Assembly: GCA_015478735.1 (NCBI GenBank)
Contig: JADMKQ010000238.1
Location: forward strand, 1 to 52,942
Source of the DNA: Sphingorhabdus sp.
GTDB lineage: Bacteria; Pseudomonadota; Alphaproteobacteria; Sphingomonadales; Sphingomonadaceae
Reading direction: 5' to 3'
DNA: 52,942 bases
Shown here: piece by piece, positions 19,350 through 29,009 of the stretch
Numbering within the stretch: position 1 is the first letter of the stretch
How the letters are laid out: every line of letters starts with the position of its first letter
Notes under the pieces: model-generated
Databases searched by the model: none
Seen by the model: only the letters and a program-made list of their open reading frames with translations
Told to the model about the DNA's origin: nothing
Translations under genes and position numbers: made by a program

Positions 19350-20297
19350 ATGACATCCTTTCTTGATTTTGAAAAACCGATTGCCGCTCTGGAATCGCGG
19401 ATAATTGAGCTTACTGAAACTGCCGACGAAGGTTCGCTGGACATCGAGGCGGAAATTGCGAAACTGCAGGCAAAATCGGCCAAGATGCTGGCCGATACCT
19501 ATGCCAATCTGACGCCCTGGCAGAAAACACAGGTCGCTCGCCATCCGGAGCGGCCGCATTTCAAAGATTATGTCGCCGGTCTGTTCGATGAGTTCATTCC
19601 GCTGGGCGGGGACCGCAATTTCGGTGATGATCAGGCGATCATCGGCGGCTTTGCCAGAATTGGCGATATGCGGCTGGTCGTGATCGGCCATGAAAAAGGC
19701 GACGATACGCAAAGCCGCTTGCGCCATAATTTCGGCATGGGAAAGCCGGAAGGCTATCGTAAAGCCATTCGCTTGATGGATCTTGCCGACCGTTTCTCTC
19801 TGCCTGTGGTAACTCTGGTCGACACATCGGGTGCTTTTCCTGGCGTTTCGGCAGAAGAGCGGGGACAAGCTGAAGCGATTGCACGCTCCACCGAAAAATG
19901 CCTTTCGCTTGGCGTTCCAATGGTTGCGATCATCGTGGGCGAGGGCGGTTCGGGCGGCGCCGTGGCGCTGGCTGCGGCCGAACGTGTGTTGATGCTGGAA
20001 CATGCCGTTTATTCGGTAATCTCTCCCGAAGGTTGTGCATCGATTTTATGGCGCACAGGCGACAAGGCCGATGTTGCGGCGGATGCCATGAAGATCACGG
20101 CCCAAAATCTGAAAGAACTGGGCGTGATCGATCGGATCGTGGAAGAACCAGTCGGCGGTGCACATCGCGACCGGGCTCTGTGCATAGCGGAACTGGGCAA
20201 GGCGATTGTCGAGGAAGTCGAGGCTTTGAGCAAGCTTGACCGGACAGAATTGCGCAACATGCGACGGGAAAAATTCTTGAAAATTGGAACCTTATAG
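19350..20297 (+). CDS. accA: Acetyl-CoA carboxylase carboxyltransferase alpha subunit
   Basis: [22 protein letters not shown] and [14 protein letters not shown] motifs. Confidence 0.98.
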   Translation: MTSFLDFEKPIAALESRIIELTETADEGSLDIEAEIAKLQAKSAKMLADTYANLTPWQKTQVARHPERPHFKDYVAGLFDEFIPLGGDRNFGDDQAIIGGFARIGDMRLVVIGHEKGDDTQSRLRHNFGMGKPEGYRKAIRLMDLADRFSLPVVTLVDTSGAFPGVSAEERGQAEAIARSTEKCLSLGVPMVAIIVGEGGSGGAVALAAAERVLMLEHAVYSVISPEGCASILWRTGDKADVAADAMKITAQNLKELGVIDRIVEEPVGGAHRDRALCIAELGKAIVEEVEALSKLDRTELRNMRREKFLKIGTL

Positions 20298-20423
20298 CGC
20301 TCTATTCATTACTCTTATCAGTTAGACCGGGTTGGTCGCCGATCAGTGATACCATTTTACATGCTTCGCCCTTCCGCTGCTTTACCCGCTAATATATATT
20401 GCTGCGTTAGAGGAGAGCCCCCG

Positions 20424-21917
20424 ATGAAAACCATATCACGCAATTTTCTGTCTACTGTTGCTTTACTAGCTCTGGTCGCATGCGGTCCCGGCGGGGTTGA
20501 ATCCGCCAGCGGTCCTTCTGCTCAAGCGGGCGAAGCACGCAGTATCTCGGAAGAAGAAAAACGTCAGGGTGCGCAGGCACATCCCCAGCTGTTGCAAGAG
20601 TTTGGCGGAGCCTATACCGGACCGCAAAGCAGCTATGTTGTCCAGATCGGTCAGAATATCGCTGTGCAGTCCGGACTGGGTAATGCTCGCAGTGACTTTA
20701 CGGTGACATTGCTGAACAGCCCGGTGCATAACGCTTTCGCCATTCCCGGCGGTTATGTCTATCTGACGCGTCAGCTCATGGCTTTGATGAATGACGAAGC
20801 CGAGATGGCCGGTGTTCTGGGCCATGAAGTCGGTCACGTTGCAGCGCGTCACAGCGAAAAGCGCCAGAAAACAGCTACGCGCAATAGCATTTTGGGCGTA
20901 TTGGGCCAGATCGGCGCGGCGGTCCTGCTTGGCGATACCGCGCTTGGTAAGCTGGGTCAGGAAATCTTCGGCACCGGCAGCCAGCTATTGACGCTGCAAT
21001 ATTCCAGAAGCCAGGAATATGAAGCGGATGACCTTGGCATCAATTACCTCGCTTCTGCCGGTTATGATCCCGATGCTCTGTCCACGATGCTGGCATCGCT
21101 GGCCGCGCAAACCGCTATAGATGCGCGGGTTGCTGGCCGGGATGCGCGTAGTGTGCCCGAATGGGCGAGCACTCACCCCAATCCTGTGGAGCGTGTTACA
21201 CGAGCTGCAACTAATGCCAGGCAGCTTGCTGTTTCAGGCGGGATACGGAACCGCGATACCTTTATGACCAAGCTTGATGGCATCATGTATGGCGATGATC
21301 CCAAGCAGGGTGTGATACAGGGTAATAGCTTCCTCCACCCCGACCTGAAACTGCAATTCAGTGTCCCGAGCGGCTTCACGATGCAAAACGGGACAAGGGC
21401 TGTCACGATCAGCGGTTCCAGCGGGCAGGGACAGTTCACGACCGGCGCCTATAACGGAAATATGACGACCTATATCGCCTCTGCATTTCAGGCACTGGCG
21501 GGAGAAGGGCAGACTATACCTTCTGGGGAGATCCAGCGGACAACTGTAAACGGTCTACCGGCATCCTATGCTACAGCGCGGGTGAATACCAATAATGGTC
21601 AGGTGGACGTGACCATATTTGCGTATGAATTTTCAAAGAGCAGTGCTTTCCACTTCGTCACTCTGGCTCCAGCGGGGCAGTCAGCTGTGTTTACGCCCAT
21701 GTACCAGAGCATGAAAAGGCTCACGACTGCAGAAGCCAGTGCGATCAAACCGCGCAAAATTGACGTAGTGACAGTGAAAAGCGGAGATACGATTGATAGC
21801 CTGTCCCGGCGGATGGCCTATACCCAGTATCAAAAGGATCGTTTTCTGGTGCTGAACCGATTGGATGCGAATGATACGCTTCGTGCAGGTCAGAAGGTGA
21901 AAATCGTTACATATTAA
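20424..21917 (+). CDS. M48 family zinc metalloprotease lipoprotein with C-terminal LysM-like domain
   Basis: Lipobox LVAC, NAFAIPGG, HEVGH, SRSQEYEAD, STHP and C-terminal TVKSGDT...LRAGQKVKI. RBS GAGGAG precedes ATG 20424. Confidence 0.92.
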   Translation: MKTISRNFLSTVALLALVACGPGGVESASGPSAQAGEARSISEEEKRQGAQAHPQLLQEFGGAYTGPQSSYVVQIGQNIAVQSGLGNARSDFTVTLLNSPVHNAFAIPGGYVYLTRQLMALMNDEAEMAGVLGHEVGHVAARHSEKRQKTATRNSILGVLGQIGAAVLLGDTALGKLGQEIFGTGSQLLTLQYSRSQEYEADDLGINYLASAGYDPDALSTMLASLAAQTAIDARVAGRDARSVPEWASTHPNPVERVTRAATNARQLAVSGGIRNRDTFMTKLDGIMYGDDPKQGVIQGNSFLHPDLKLQFSVPSGFTMQNGTRAVTISGSSGQGQFTTGAYNGNMTTYIASAFQALAGEGQTIPSGEIQRTTVNGLPASYATARVNTNNGQVDVTIFAYEFSKSSAFHFVTLAPAGQSAVFTPMYQSMKRLTTAEASAIKPRKIDVVTVKSGDTIDSLSRRMAYTQYQKDRFLVLNRLDANDTLRAGQKVKIVTY

Positions 21918-21940
21918 TAGGACGATTTCGGTAGATACAA

Positions 21941-21977
21941 AAAAGACGGCAGCCATTTTCAGGCTGCCGTCTATTTT
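21941..21977. terminator. Bidirectional intrinsic terminator
   Basis: 11-bp stem AGACGGCAGCC/GGCTGCCGTCT flanked by an A run and a T run, between convergent genes. Confidence 0.85.
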
Positions 21978-22020
21978 AAGCAAAACGTCGGTGACGTTTA
22001 TTTTCGTCTTTTCCGTTAAT

Positions 22021-22200
22021 TTAGTTAGCGGAGTTGCCGGCAGCCATTTCTGTATCAACTTTGGCGAATGTGTTTTCCAAGGTGTTACCCAAAGAACCCA
22101 TTGCAACAATTGCAGCAACAGCGATCAAAGCAGCGATCAGGCCATATTCAATAGCCGTTGCGCCTTCTTCGTTTTTAAACATTTTACGTACGAGTTTCAT
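22021..22200 (-). CDS. Flp/Tad type IV pilin (59 aa)
   Basis: MKLVRKMFKNEEG/ATAIEYGLIAALIAVAAIVAMGSLGNTLENTFAKVDTEMAAGNSAN with an AGGAG RBS. Not in the ORF track. Confidence 0.95.
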   Translation of the reverse strand: MKLVRKMFKNEEGATAIEYGLIAALIAVAAIVAMGSLGNTLENTFAKVDTEMAAGNSAN

Positions 22201-22285
22201 ATCTGGTCTCCTGTATTTACGAACTTCACTTACCCAATCAACCCCGAATATTCGGGCCGATACTGATCACAATATTTCAGAAAAC

Positions 22286-22300
22286 TTTATAAATGTTTAA
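22286..22300 (-). promoter_or_regulatory. Possible CtrA box upstream of the Flp pilin
   Basis: Minus strand reads TTAA-ACATTTA-TAAA, one mismatch from TTAA-N7-TTAA. Pilin is CtrA-activated in Caulobacter. Confidence 0.45.
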
Positions 22301-22314
22301 TCGGCTTTGACGTC

Positions 22315-22488
22315 TTAGGAATTTGTGCTGACTTTTTCAGCAACATCGTCCCACATGTCTATGGTTGAATTTGCGACGCCGTTAATCGCTGTTATTGCAG
22401 CAATTGCGATCAGTGCGGCGATCAAACCATATTCAACTGCCGTCGCGCCATTTTCGGAGCGGTACAGGTTTTTGATCATATCCATCAT
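22315..22488 (-). CDS. Second Flp/Tad type IV pilin (57 aa)
   Basis: MMDMIKNLYRSENG/ATAVEYGLIAALIAIAAITAINGVANSTIDMWDDVAEKVSTNS with a GGGAGGGG RBS. Not in the ORF track. Confidence 0.93.
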   Translation of the reverse strand: MMDMIKNLYRSENGATAVEYGLIAALIAIAAITAINGVANSTIDMWDDVAEKVSTNS

Positions 22489-22578
22489 ACCCCTCCCGAT
22501 ATTATAAATGCTAACTGGTTGCGAACATCCCGATTTTCACAGAAAGGGATTAACAAAATCCTTACATCAGGACAAAAA

Positions 22579-22989
22579 GTGGAAAATATACCGACATATC
22601 TGTTCGTAGTCGCCGCAGCGTTGATTGACCGGAACCGCAACATACTGGTCCAGCAACGGCCCGAAGGTAAGCCTATGGCCGGCCTGTGGGAATTCCCGGG
22701 CGGTAAGATCGAAACGGGTGAGACACCGGAACATGCCCTTGTGCGGGAACTGGAGGAGGAGCTGGGAATAGTTGTAGATGAGACAGCGCTTAGCCCGGTT
22801 GCTTTTGCCAGCGAACCATTGGGCGCGAAACATTTATTGCTGTTACTCTACACATGCCGCGATTGGACTGGCGATGTGCAAAATCTGGAATCGGCCGATA
22901 TGAAATGGCTGCCCTTGGAAGAATTACAGCATCTCGAAATGCCGCCAGCTGACATTCCATTGGTGACACAGTTGATGGCGGCGCTGTGA
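22579..22989 (+). CDS. mutT: NUDIX hydrolase, MutT-like (deoxy)nucleoside triphosphate pyrophosphohydrolase
   Basis: GLWEFPGGK...ETPEHALVRELEEELG Nudix box and MPPAD. GTG start at 22579. Confidence 0.85.
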   Translation: MENIPTYLFVVAAALIDRNRNILVQQRPEGKPMAGLWEFPGGKIETGETPEHALVRELEEELGIVVDETALSPVAFASEPLGAKHLLLLLYTCRDWTGDVQNLESADMKWLPLEELQHLEMPPADIPLVTQLMAAL

Positions 22990-23014
22990 ACTTTACCTGA
23001 TACTCTATCCTTTA

Positions 23015-23872
23015 TCAGTTTTTCTTAAGCACATCTTTCAAAGATACTGTCCCGCTCCCGCGCCGGGCAGGGGCCGGTTGGTCGGGATGGGGAGCCCAGC
23101 CAGATAGATAGATCAGTTCAAAAAACTCGCTTGTCTTGCCATCATCATCCGCTCGGTCCGCAAATTCGCGCTTTGCTTGGCGGTAAACTTCAAAGGGCAG
23201 GGGGCGGACCCGGTCTTTCAGAATATTACCGCCGCCTATATCGCGGATATCGCTAATCAACTTGTCAAACGTCCCGTAGCGCAAACGAAGACCATCGCTG
23301 TCGATCACCGGCAAAGCAAGTCCCGCACGGGCCATCAGATCGCCCGCTGTGCGAATGTCGATTTGCGGGTGAATATGACTTGCCACCCGGTCGCCCTCTG
23401 CCTGCAGCAATATTGATTTGAGCGTAGTCAGACTTTCCGCACCAATGAATGCCGCCAGAAACAGCCCGTCCGGCTTCAGGATACGACGGGAAAGAACCAG
23501 CGCACCGGGCAGGTCATTCACGCTGTCCAGCGTAGCGACATTGATAATCAGGTCAAAACTATGATCCGCAAAGGGCAGGCGATCCTCGTCACACTGGATC
23601 CCGCTCAGCGAGCGGGCAGCGCTGAAACCAGCATCCGCAAAGACGCTTTCGATGCCCAATGGCTTGAGAGCTGACGCCAAAGAATGACCGGCTTGCCCGA
23701 CCAGCAGGCATTTTGTGAAATCCCGTTTCACCAGCGACAGCCGCTCCAGGATCTCATCCGCCATTATCTGGCCGATAAAATCCTTGCCCCCGGCCCGATC
23801 AAAAGCACGGTCGCGAAAATGCCGCCTCCGGTGTCGGTCAAATATTTCGTTGGGGACATCTGGCTGGTTCAT
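23015..23872 (-). CDS. SAM-dependent methyltransferase-fold protein (BioC/NDUFAF5-like)
   Basis: IFDR, DEDRLPFADHSFDLI, VNDLPGAL, LKPDGLFL and GWAPHPDQP...RGS motifs. Divergent from comF. Confidence 0.85.
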   Translation of the reverse strand: MNQPDVPNEIFDRHRRRHFRDRAFDRAGGKDFIGQIMADEILERLSLVKRDFTKCLLVGQAGHSLASALKPLGIESVFADAGFSAARSLSGIQCDEDRLPFADHSFDLIINVATLDSVNDLPGALVLSRRILKPDGLFLAAFIGAESLTTLKSILLQAEGDRVASHIHPQIDIRTAGDLMARAGLALPVIDSDGLRLRYGTFDKLISDIRDIGGGNILKDRVRPLPFEVYRQAKREFADRADDDGKTSEFFELIYLSGWAPHPDQPAPARRGSGTVSLKDVLKKN

Positions 23873-23912
23873 ACGGTCTTGTGCCTTTCGCGGGAACGGG
23901 CGACAAGAGCAA

Positions 23913-24653
23913 ATGGAAATTTTGTCTGCCTTGTTTAAACCGGTTCTGGATTTCGCGCTTCCGCCGCGTTGTCCCATTTGCGGTATCATGGTGGACGCAG
24001 ATAACCGCTTCTGTCTGTCCTGCTGGGAAGGTCTGGATTTTCTCACCGCGCCGTGGTGTGCTACTTGTGGCAGACCTTTCGCCTATGATCACGGCAGTGA
24101 CGCACAATGCGCCCCCTGTATGAAAAAGCCTCCGGATCACAATGGTGTCAGGGCAGTGGTCGCTTATGATGATAAAAGCAGCCTGCTGGCAATGCGGTTA
24201 AAATATGGCGGACGACTGGGCTTTGCCGAATTGATAGCCGGTCATATGGCACGATTTCTGGATGAGGTTGGACCTGATTCTGTCATCATTCCTGTGCCCC
24301 TCCATCGCTGGCGGCTGTGGTCGCGCGGTTTCAACCAGTCGGTGTTGATTGGCCGGGCGCTGTCCAAACGCAGCGGCATTGCTATTGAAACGGGCTTGTT
24401 ATCACGCAAAAACGCGACGCCGCCGCTGCGGTCAATGTCGGCAAAACAGCGGAATAAAATCGTCAAGAATGCTTTTGTACTGTCCAGTGAAGTGGACGAC
24501 AGGCTGGTCGGAAAAACCGTGATTCTGGTCGATGATGTCTATACGACCGGTTCAACGGCCAATGCCTGCGCCAGAAAATTGCGGGCGGCAGGTGCGGATC
24601 GGGTGCTGGTTTTCTGTTGGGCCAGAGTTTTGACAGAATATGACCGCAGTTGA
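23913..24653 (+). CDS. comF: ComF family protein (double zinc ribbon plus phosphoribosyltransferase)
   Basis: Four CxxC pairs, PVPLH, RGFNQS and LVDDVYTTGST. Confidence 0.92.
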   Translation: MEILSALFKPVLDFALPPRCPICGIMVDADNRFCLSCWEGLDFLTAPWCATCGRPFAYDHGSDAQCAPCMKKPPDHNGVRAVVAYDDKSSLLAMRLKYGGRLGFAELIAGHMARFLDEVGPDSVIIPVPLHRWRLWSRGFNQSVLIGRALSKRSGIAIETGLLSRKNATPPLRSMSAKQRNKIVKNAFVLSSEVDDRLVGKTVILVDDVYTTGSTANACARKLRAAGADRVLVFCWARVLTEYDRS

Positions 24654-24677
24654 AAAAATGTGATTCAGCGCCCATCT
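24650..24677 (+). promoter_or_regulatory. Putative RpoH (sigma-32) promoter for grxC
   Basis: TTGAAA-N15-CCCATCT ending 34 bp upstream of the grxC ATG. Confidence 0.6.
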
Positions 24678-24711
24678 GAAAGGTTGAAATAGTTTTTTTT
24701 GAAAGCGTGAT

Positions 24712-24969
24712 ATGGCAAAAGTCGAGATTTATACCAAATTCACATGCGGTTACTGCTTCCGAGCAAAAGCCCTGCTGGAAAAAAAGAACGTCGATTACGA
24801 AGAAACAGACATCAGCCTGGGCGGCCCGGAGCGTCAGGAAATGATCCAGCGCGCAGGCGGACGCACAACCGTTCCCCAGATTTTCATCAATGGTGAGCAT
24901 ATCGGCGGTTCCGATGATCTCGCCTCGCTGGAGGCAGCAGGCAAGCTGGACGCTCTGCTGGCAGCCTGA
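24712..24969 (+). CDS. grxC: Glutaredoxin 3
   Basis: CGYC active site, TVPQIFI and IGGSDDL. Confidence 0.95.
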   Translation: MAKVEIYTKFTCGYCFRAKALLEKKNVDYEETDISLGGPERQEMIQRAGGRTTVPQIFINGEHIGGSDDLASLEAAGKLDALLAA

Positions 24970-24972
24970 CCC

Positions 24973-25836
24973 ATGCTTATTGCTATAGCCCAGATGTGCA
25001 GCGGCATCGACCCTGCCGCCAATGCGAAGACTTTGCGCGCGCATATAGAAGAAGCGGCTGCGCTGGGGGCAGAGATAGTTTTCACGCCGGAAATGACCGG
25101 TTTGATAGATCGCAACCGGAGCAGGGCAGCGGGCAATATCAAAATGGAACGCGACGATCCTGTTTTGAAAGAAGCTTGCGAAGTTGCCGCACAGGCCAAA
25201 ATCCAAGTCGCGCTTGGCTCGCTCGCGATACGGCCTGACGACGGAGAAAACGTGGAGGGCGGCAAATGGGTGAACCGCTCTTTCCTCATCGATCAGTCCG
25301 GCCGGATTACGGCGCGTTATGACAAGATCCATCTGTTCGACGTAGACTTGGATACAGGGGAAACATGGCGGGAATCTGCGGCTTATCAGGGCGGAACCCA
25401 AGCGGTTGTCGCACCGCTTGCTGGGTCGGAAAAGACTTCGCTTGGCCTGTCGGTTTGTTATGACTTGCGTTTCCCTGCACTTTACAGCGCGCTCACCAAT
25501 TCAGGAGCCGATATATTGGCAATACCCGCGGCCTTTACCGTGCCAACGGGGGCCGCGCATTGGGAAATATTACTCCGCGCCCGGGCGATTGAGGCAGGCG
25601 TGTTTGTCGTAGCGGCAGCGCAATCTGGCACGCATGAAGATGGCCGCGCAACCTATGGACATTCAATGGTGGTCGATCCGTGGGGCGAGGTGCATTTGGA
25701 CATGGGGACCGCTACCGGCGTAGCGACGTGCGAGATTGACTTGGATGCGGTTGCAAGGGTACGAAGCCGGATTCCTGCAATCTCCAACCGCCGGGAATTT
25801 GCTTCACCAAAGGTTACTTTCGATGATAGTATTTGA
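24973..25836 (+). CDS. Carbon-nitrogen hydrolase (Nit1/deaminated glutathione amidase-like)
   Basis: Glu-Lys-Cys triad in TPE, YDKIHLFD and CYDLRFP. Also LRARAIE and YGHS...DPWG. Confidence 0.92.
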   Translation: MLIAIAQMCSGIDPAANAKTLRAHIEEAAALGAEIVFTPEMTGLIDRNRSRAAGNIKMERDDPVLKEACEVAAQAKIQVALGSLAIRPDDGENVEGGKWVNRSFLIDQSGRITARYDKIHLFDVDLDTGETWRESAAYQGGTQAVVAPLAGSEKTSLGLSVCYDLRFPALYSALTNSGADILAIPAAFTVPTGAAHWEILLRARAIEAGVFVVAAAQSGTHEDGRATYGHSMVVDPWGEVHLDMGTATGVATCEIDLDAVARVRSRIPAISNRREFASPKVTFDDSI

Positions 25837-26329
25837 TCTGATCTGCCATACCGGAGGCCATGAGTTTGAAGGCTGGTTCGGATCTTCGGATGATTTCGAG
25901 AACCAGAAGGCAGCGGGCTTGGTCGATTGCCCGGTATGCGGTTCCAGCACTGTCAATAAAGCCGTTATGGCACCCAATGTCGGGATCAAGAGCAATCAGC
26001 GGACAAGCGCGCGGCCAGCGTCATCCAGACATTCGGAGCAATCACACCCTGCCGAAGGCAACCAGGCGATGACAAAGGCCGTGCCGATTCCTCCCGAATA
26101 TCAGGAACTGGTGCAAAAGCTTGCCAAGGCGCAGGCGAAGATACTGGAACAGTCGGAATGGGTCGGCGGAGATTTTCCGGAGCAAGCCCGCGCCATCCAT
26201 TACGGCGAAAAAGACGCTGCCCCCATCCATGGCACAGCGACAGCAGATGAAGTTGCCGAGCTAGAAGACGAAGGCATAGACATCATGCCGCTTCCCCTTC
26301 CTGTAACCCCGCCCAAAGCCCAAAATTGA
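25823..26329 (+). CDS. DUF1178 family protein
   Basis: MIVFDLIC...HEFEGWF, CPVCGS, KAVMAP and ARAIHYGE motifs. Confidence 0.9.
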   Translation: MIVFDLICHTGGHEFEGWFGSSDDFENQKAAGLVDCPVCGSSTVNKAVMAPNVGIKSNQRTSARPASSRHSEQSHPAEGNQAMTKAVPIPPEYQELVQKLAKAQAKILEQSEWVGGDFPEQARAIHYGEKDAAPIHGTATADEVAELEDEGIDIMPLPLPVTPPKAQN

Positions 26330-26369
26330 CGCTGGCATCGCGGCCATTCACCCGCTAAACGACGCATAA

Positions 26370-26446
26370 GCGCCCGTAGCTCAGGTGGATAGAGCATCAG
26401 ATTCCTAATCTGGGGGCCACAGGTTCGAGTCCTGTCGGGCGCACCA
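26370..26446 (+). tRNA. tRNA-Arg (anticodon CCT)
   Basis: 77-nt cloverleaf GCGCCCG...CGGGCGC-ACCA with anticodon arm TCAGA-TTCCTAA-TCTGG, GGTTCGAGTCC T-arm and encoded CCA. Confidence 0.97.
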
Positions 26447-26533
26447 TTTTCTGCCACTTTTGGGATTTATTGAGGTCGACAAGAGAGCGGTGAAACATAG
26501 CCGAGATCCAACCATGCCTCACCGCCACTATTC

Positions 26534-28726
26534 CTAAAAGTCGACGCTTGCTGACAGCCAGAAGCGGCGGGGTTCTATGAGGTTGGCATATTGCTGGCCA
26601 TAGGCTGCTCCGCCGTCATAAGGCAGGTAACGCACGAAATTCTTGCCCAGGAGATTGTAGATTGTTCCCGAAAGCCGGAAGGTTTCAGTCACGTCCAGAT
26701 TCGCACCCAGATGAAGCTGCGTATAGCCTTTGTAATTGCCAAGAGCTTCCTGTTCCGGTGTGGCTGTCCGGCCTGTCCCGCGAAAGCGGCTTGAGCGAAA
26801 TTCGCCCCGGACCCATGTCGTGAATTGTTCTGAAACTTTCCAGCGCAGATTGGCGTTTGCCATGTGCTTGGGCGTTCCGATCAGGGGTAAGCCCGCGTCA
26901 GGTCCGCTTTTCTGCTCGCTGTCGGTATAGGTATAATTGGCGGAAAGCGAGACTGCTGGCGTGAAGTTAAACCGCACGGCAAGTTCGGCGCCCTGGGTGA
27001 CAGCGCTGTCAATATTCACCGTCTGTCCGAAAGCATCGATAGCCGGGAAGTTGCCGACATCAATACAGCCCGGCAGATTTTGCGGACCGGTTCCCAAAGG
27101 ATCAAATGTGCAGTTGGGAACATCTGGCCCGCTGGCGATCTTATCCTTGAAATCATTGTAGAAAAATGTGGCATTGCCGGAGAAAAATCCGCCATTATTA
27201 TAATATAGGCCCGCCTCGTAAGAGGTGCTGGTTTCCGGCTTTAATGATGGCGTCCCAATGACGGGAATTGTTCCCTGTCCGGAATATCCGGTGATGCCGG
27301 GGGTAATCTGGTCGAGGCGCGGTGTTTTGAAGCCGCGGCTGACACCGCCTTTTAACGTCATTGCATCGGTGAGGCTGAAAACCGCATAGGCGCGGGGAGA
27401 AAACTTGCCGCCGAAAATATTATGCTCGTCATAGCGGCCGCCCAAGGTTACGCGGAACTTGTCATGTAGCACTATTTCGGACTCGCCAAATAGCGCCCAT
27501 TGATCGAAACTATATTGATCTTCGGCGACGCCATCCGTCATTCTTGCCCACCAATATTGGCCGCCTAAAGTCACTGTATGCGTGGCAACCGGAATAATGG
27601 CACGGCTGTCCAAAACGGTGTTTTTCGCTTTCAGAGTGCGCGGATCGCCAGCGACCAAGCCTGGTGAATTATCCGGGATAGTCCGGCCAAAGGTTTCGGT
27701 TATGGAGCGCGTTAAGGTGGTGTCGATATTAGCAAAGCCTGCGCGCCAGCTATGGGCAAGGGCGTAATTATCGCGGTTGAACTTTAATTCCGGGCCATAA
27801 CCACGGGTGCTGCCGGGAACGTCAATCGTACCTAGCTGGCCACCAACATTGTCATATTTCTGACGGGCAATATCGGCTTCAATCCAGATGTCGTGATCCG
27901 GATGCGGCACGATTGTAAGACGCCCGCCAAGAGTATAGACATCGCTCTTGACCGGACTTGGGCCGCGCTGGTCCACGGGCACCGTATCACCACTTACATC
28001 TTTAAAATCAAGATTGGCGGCATTACGGTGGAAATAACTGCCGCGAACACTTAATCCTACTAAATCCGGGATCAACGGGCCTTGGGCAAAGCCATTGGCG
28101 GCATAGCGATTGCCAAAGCTGGAATCTTCCTGGACCGTGACTTCTGTCGTAGCGGTTCCTACCCAGCGATGACCCACTTTTCGCGTGATAATGTTGATAA
28201 CACCGCCCATGGCATCTGATCCATAGAGGGTGGACATGGGACCGCGCACCACTTCTATGCGATCAATCGCGGAATATGGCGGAATGAAGCTGGAGCTGGT
28301 TTCGCCAAAACCGTTTGGCGTTACATTGCCGGGCGCATTCTGACGTCGGCCGTCGATTAGAACCAACGTATAATCGCTTGGCATACCGCGGATAGAGATG
28401 TTCAAACCGCCGGTTTTCCCGGCCGTTGCACCAACATCGACACCCTCGACATCTTCCAGTGCTTCGGCCAGGCTACCATAGCGTTTTTCCTCAAGCGCTT
28501 CGCGATCAATCACGCTGATGCTGGCAGGGGCGTCGACGACTTTTTGTTCGAAACCAGCGGCAGTGACGACGATCGTATGTCCGGAAGCGCCTTCTTCCAT
28601 GCTGTCACCGTTATCTGTCTGGGCTTGTGCGATTGCCGGCAGGGAAGCCAGTGCGAAAGCCAATGATGCCAGTGATAGTCCTGCTCGCGCAGCAGTCCCG
28701 CGTAGCGGAAAAATATGTCGTGTCAT
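26534..28726 (-). CDS. TonB-dependent receptor, IrgA/CirA-like (probable iron-siderophore)
   Basis: TIVVTAAGFEQKVVDAPASISV, ISIRGM and IEVVRGPMSTLYGSDAMGGVINIIT motifs, terminal Phe and upstream Fur-like boxes. Confidence 0.93.
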   Translation of the reverse strand: MTRHIFPLRGTAARAGLSLASLAFALASLPAIAQAQTDNGDSMEEGASGHTIVVTAAGFEQKVVDAPASISVIDREALEEKRYGSLAEALEDVEGVDVGATAGKTGGLNISIRGMPSDYTLVLIDGRRQNAPGNVTPNGFGETSSSFIPPYSAIDRIEVVRGPMSTLYGSDAMGGVINIITRKVGHRWVGTATTEVTVQEDSSFGNRYAANGFAQGPLIPDLVGLSVRGSYFHRNAANLDFKDVSGDTVPVDQRGPSPVKSDVYTLGGRLTIVPHPDHDIWIEADIARQKYDNVGGQLGTIDVPGSTRGYGPELKFNRDNYALAHSWRAGFANIDTTLTRSITETFGRTIPDNSPGLVAGDPRTLKAKNTVLDSRAIIPVATHTVTLGGQYWWARMTDGVAEDQYSFDQWALFGESEIVLHDKFRVTLGGRYDEHNIFGGKFSPRAYAVFSLTDAMTLKGGVSRGFKTPRLDQITPGITGYSGQGTIPVIGTPSLKPETSTSYEAGLYYNNGGFFSGNATFFYNDFKDKIASGPDVPNCTFDPLGTGPQNLPGCIDVGNFPAIDAFGQTVNIDSAVTQGAELAVRFNFTPAVSLSANYTYTDSEQKSGPDAGLPLIGTPKHMANANLRWKVSEQFTTWVRGEFRSSRFRGTGRTATPEQEALGNYKGYTQLHLGANLDVTETFRLSGTIYNLLGKNFVRYLPYDGGAAYGQQYANLIEPRRFWLSASVDF

Positions 28727-28736
28727 GAAGCCCCTT

Positions 28737-28784
28737 AATGCAAATGATTATTAGTTGCCTCCCTTTATGCGAAGGATTATCAAT
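28737..28784. promoter_or_regulatory. Two putative Fur boxes upstream of the TonB receptor
   Basis: TGCAAAT-G-ATTATTA (28739-28753) and TGCGAAG-G-ATTATCA (28768-28782), each 11/14 to the 7-1-7 core TGATAAT-N-ATTATCA. Confidence 0.7.
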
Positions 28785-28930
28785 TCGTCAACTGGCGATG
28801 AAAAAATAATTATTCGAGCTTTTACCTCATGACTTCAGCACACCAACGTGTTGATTTAAGCGGCTTGTGGTGAGGAGCAGGAACTTGCACACAGGATCTG
28901 TAAATTAATCAGGCACCCCCATCTAATAGT

Positions 28931-28949
28931 ATTGATTGTCACTCGCAAT
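28931..28949. promoter_or_regulatory. Putative Fur box upstream of the PepSY operon
   Basis: ATTGATTGTCACTCGCAAT. The reverse strand reads TGCGAGT-G-ACAATCA, resembling the alphaproteobacterial TGCGAGT-type Fur site. Confidence 0.6.
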
Positions 28950-29009
28950 TGGGTAATAGCCAGTCTTATATGTCGATATATTCCAAAATGATTCTGGTGT
29001 GCCCTGCCT

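Noticed and set aside
23715-24046. Apparent long overlap between comF and the methyltransferase in the ORF track
   Set aside because: Artefact of over-extended starts. Plausible starts at 23872 (-) and 23913 (+) leave a 40-bp divergent gap.
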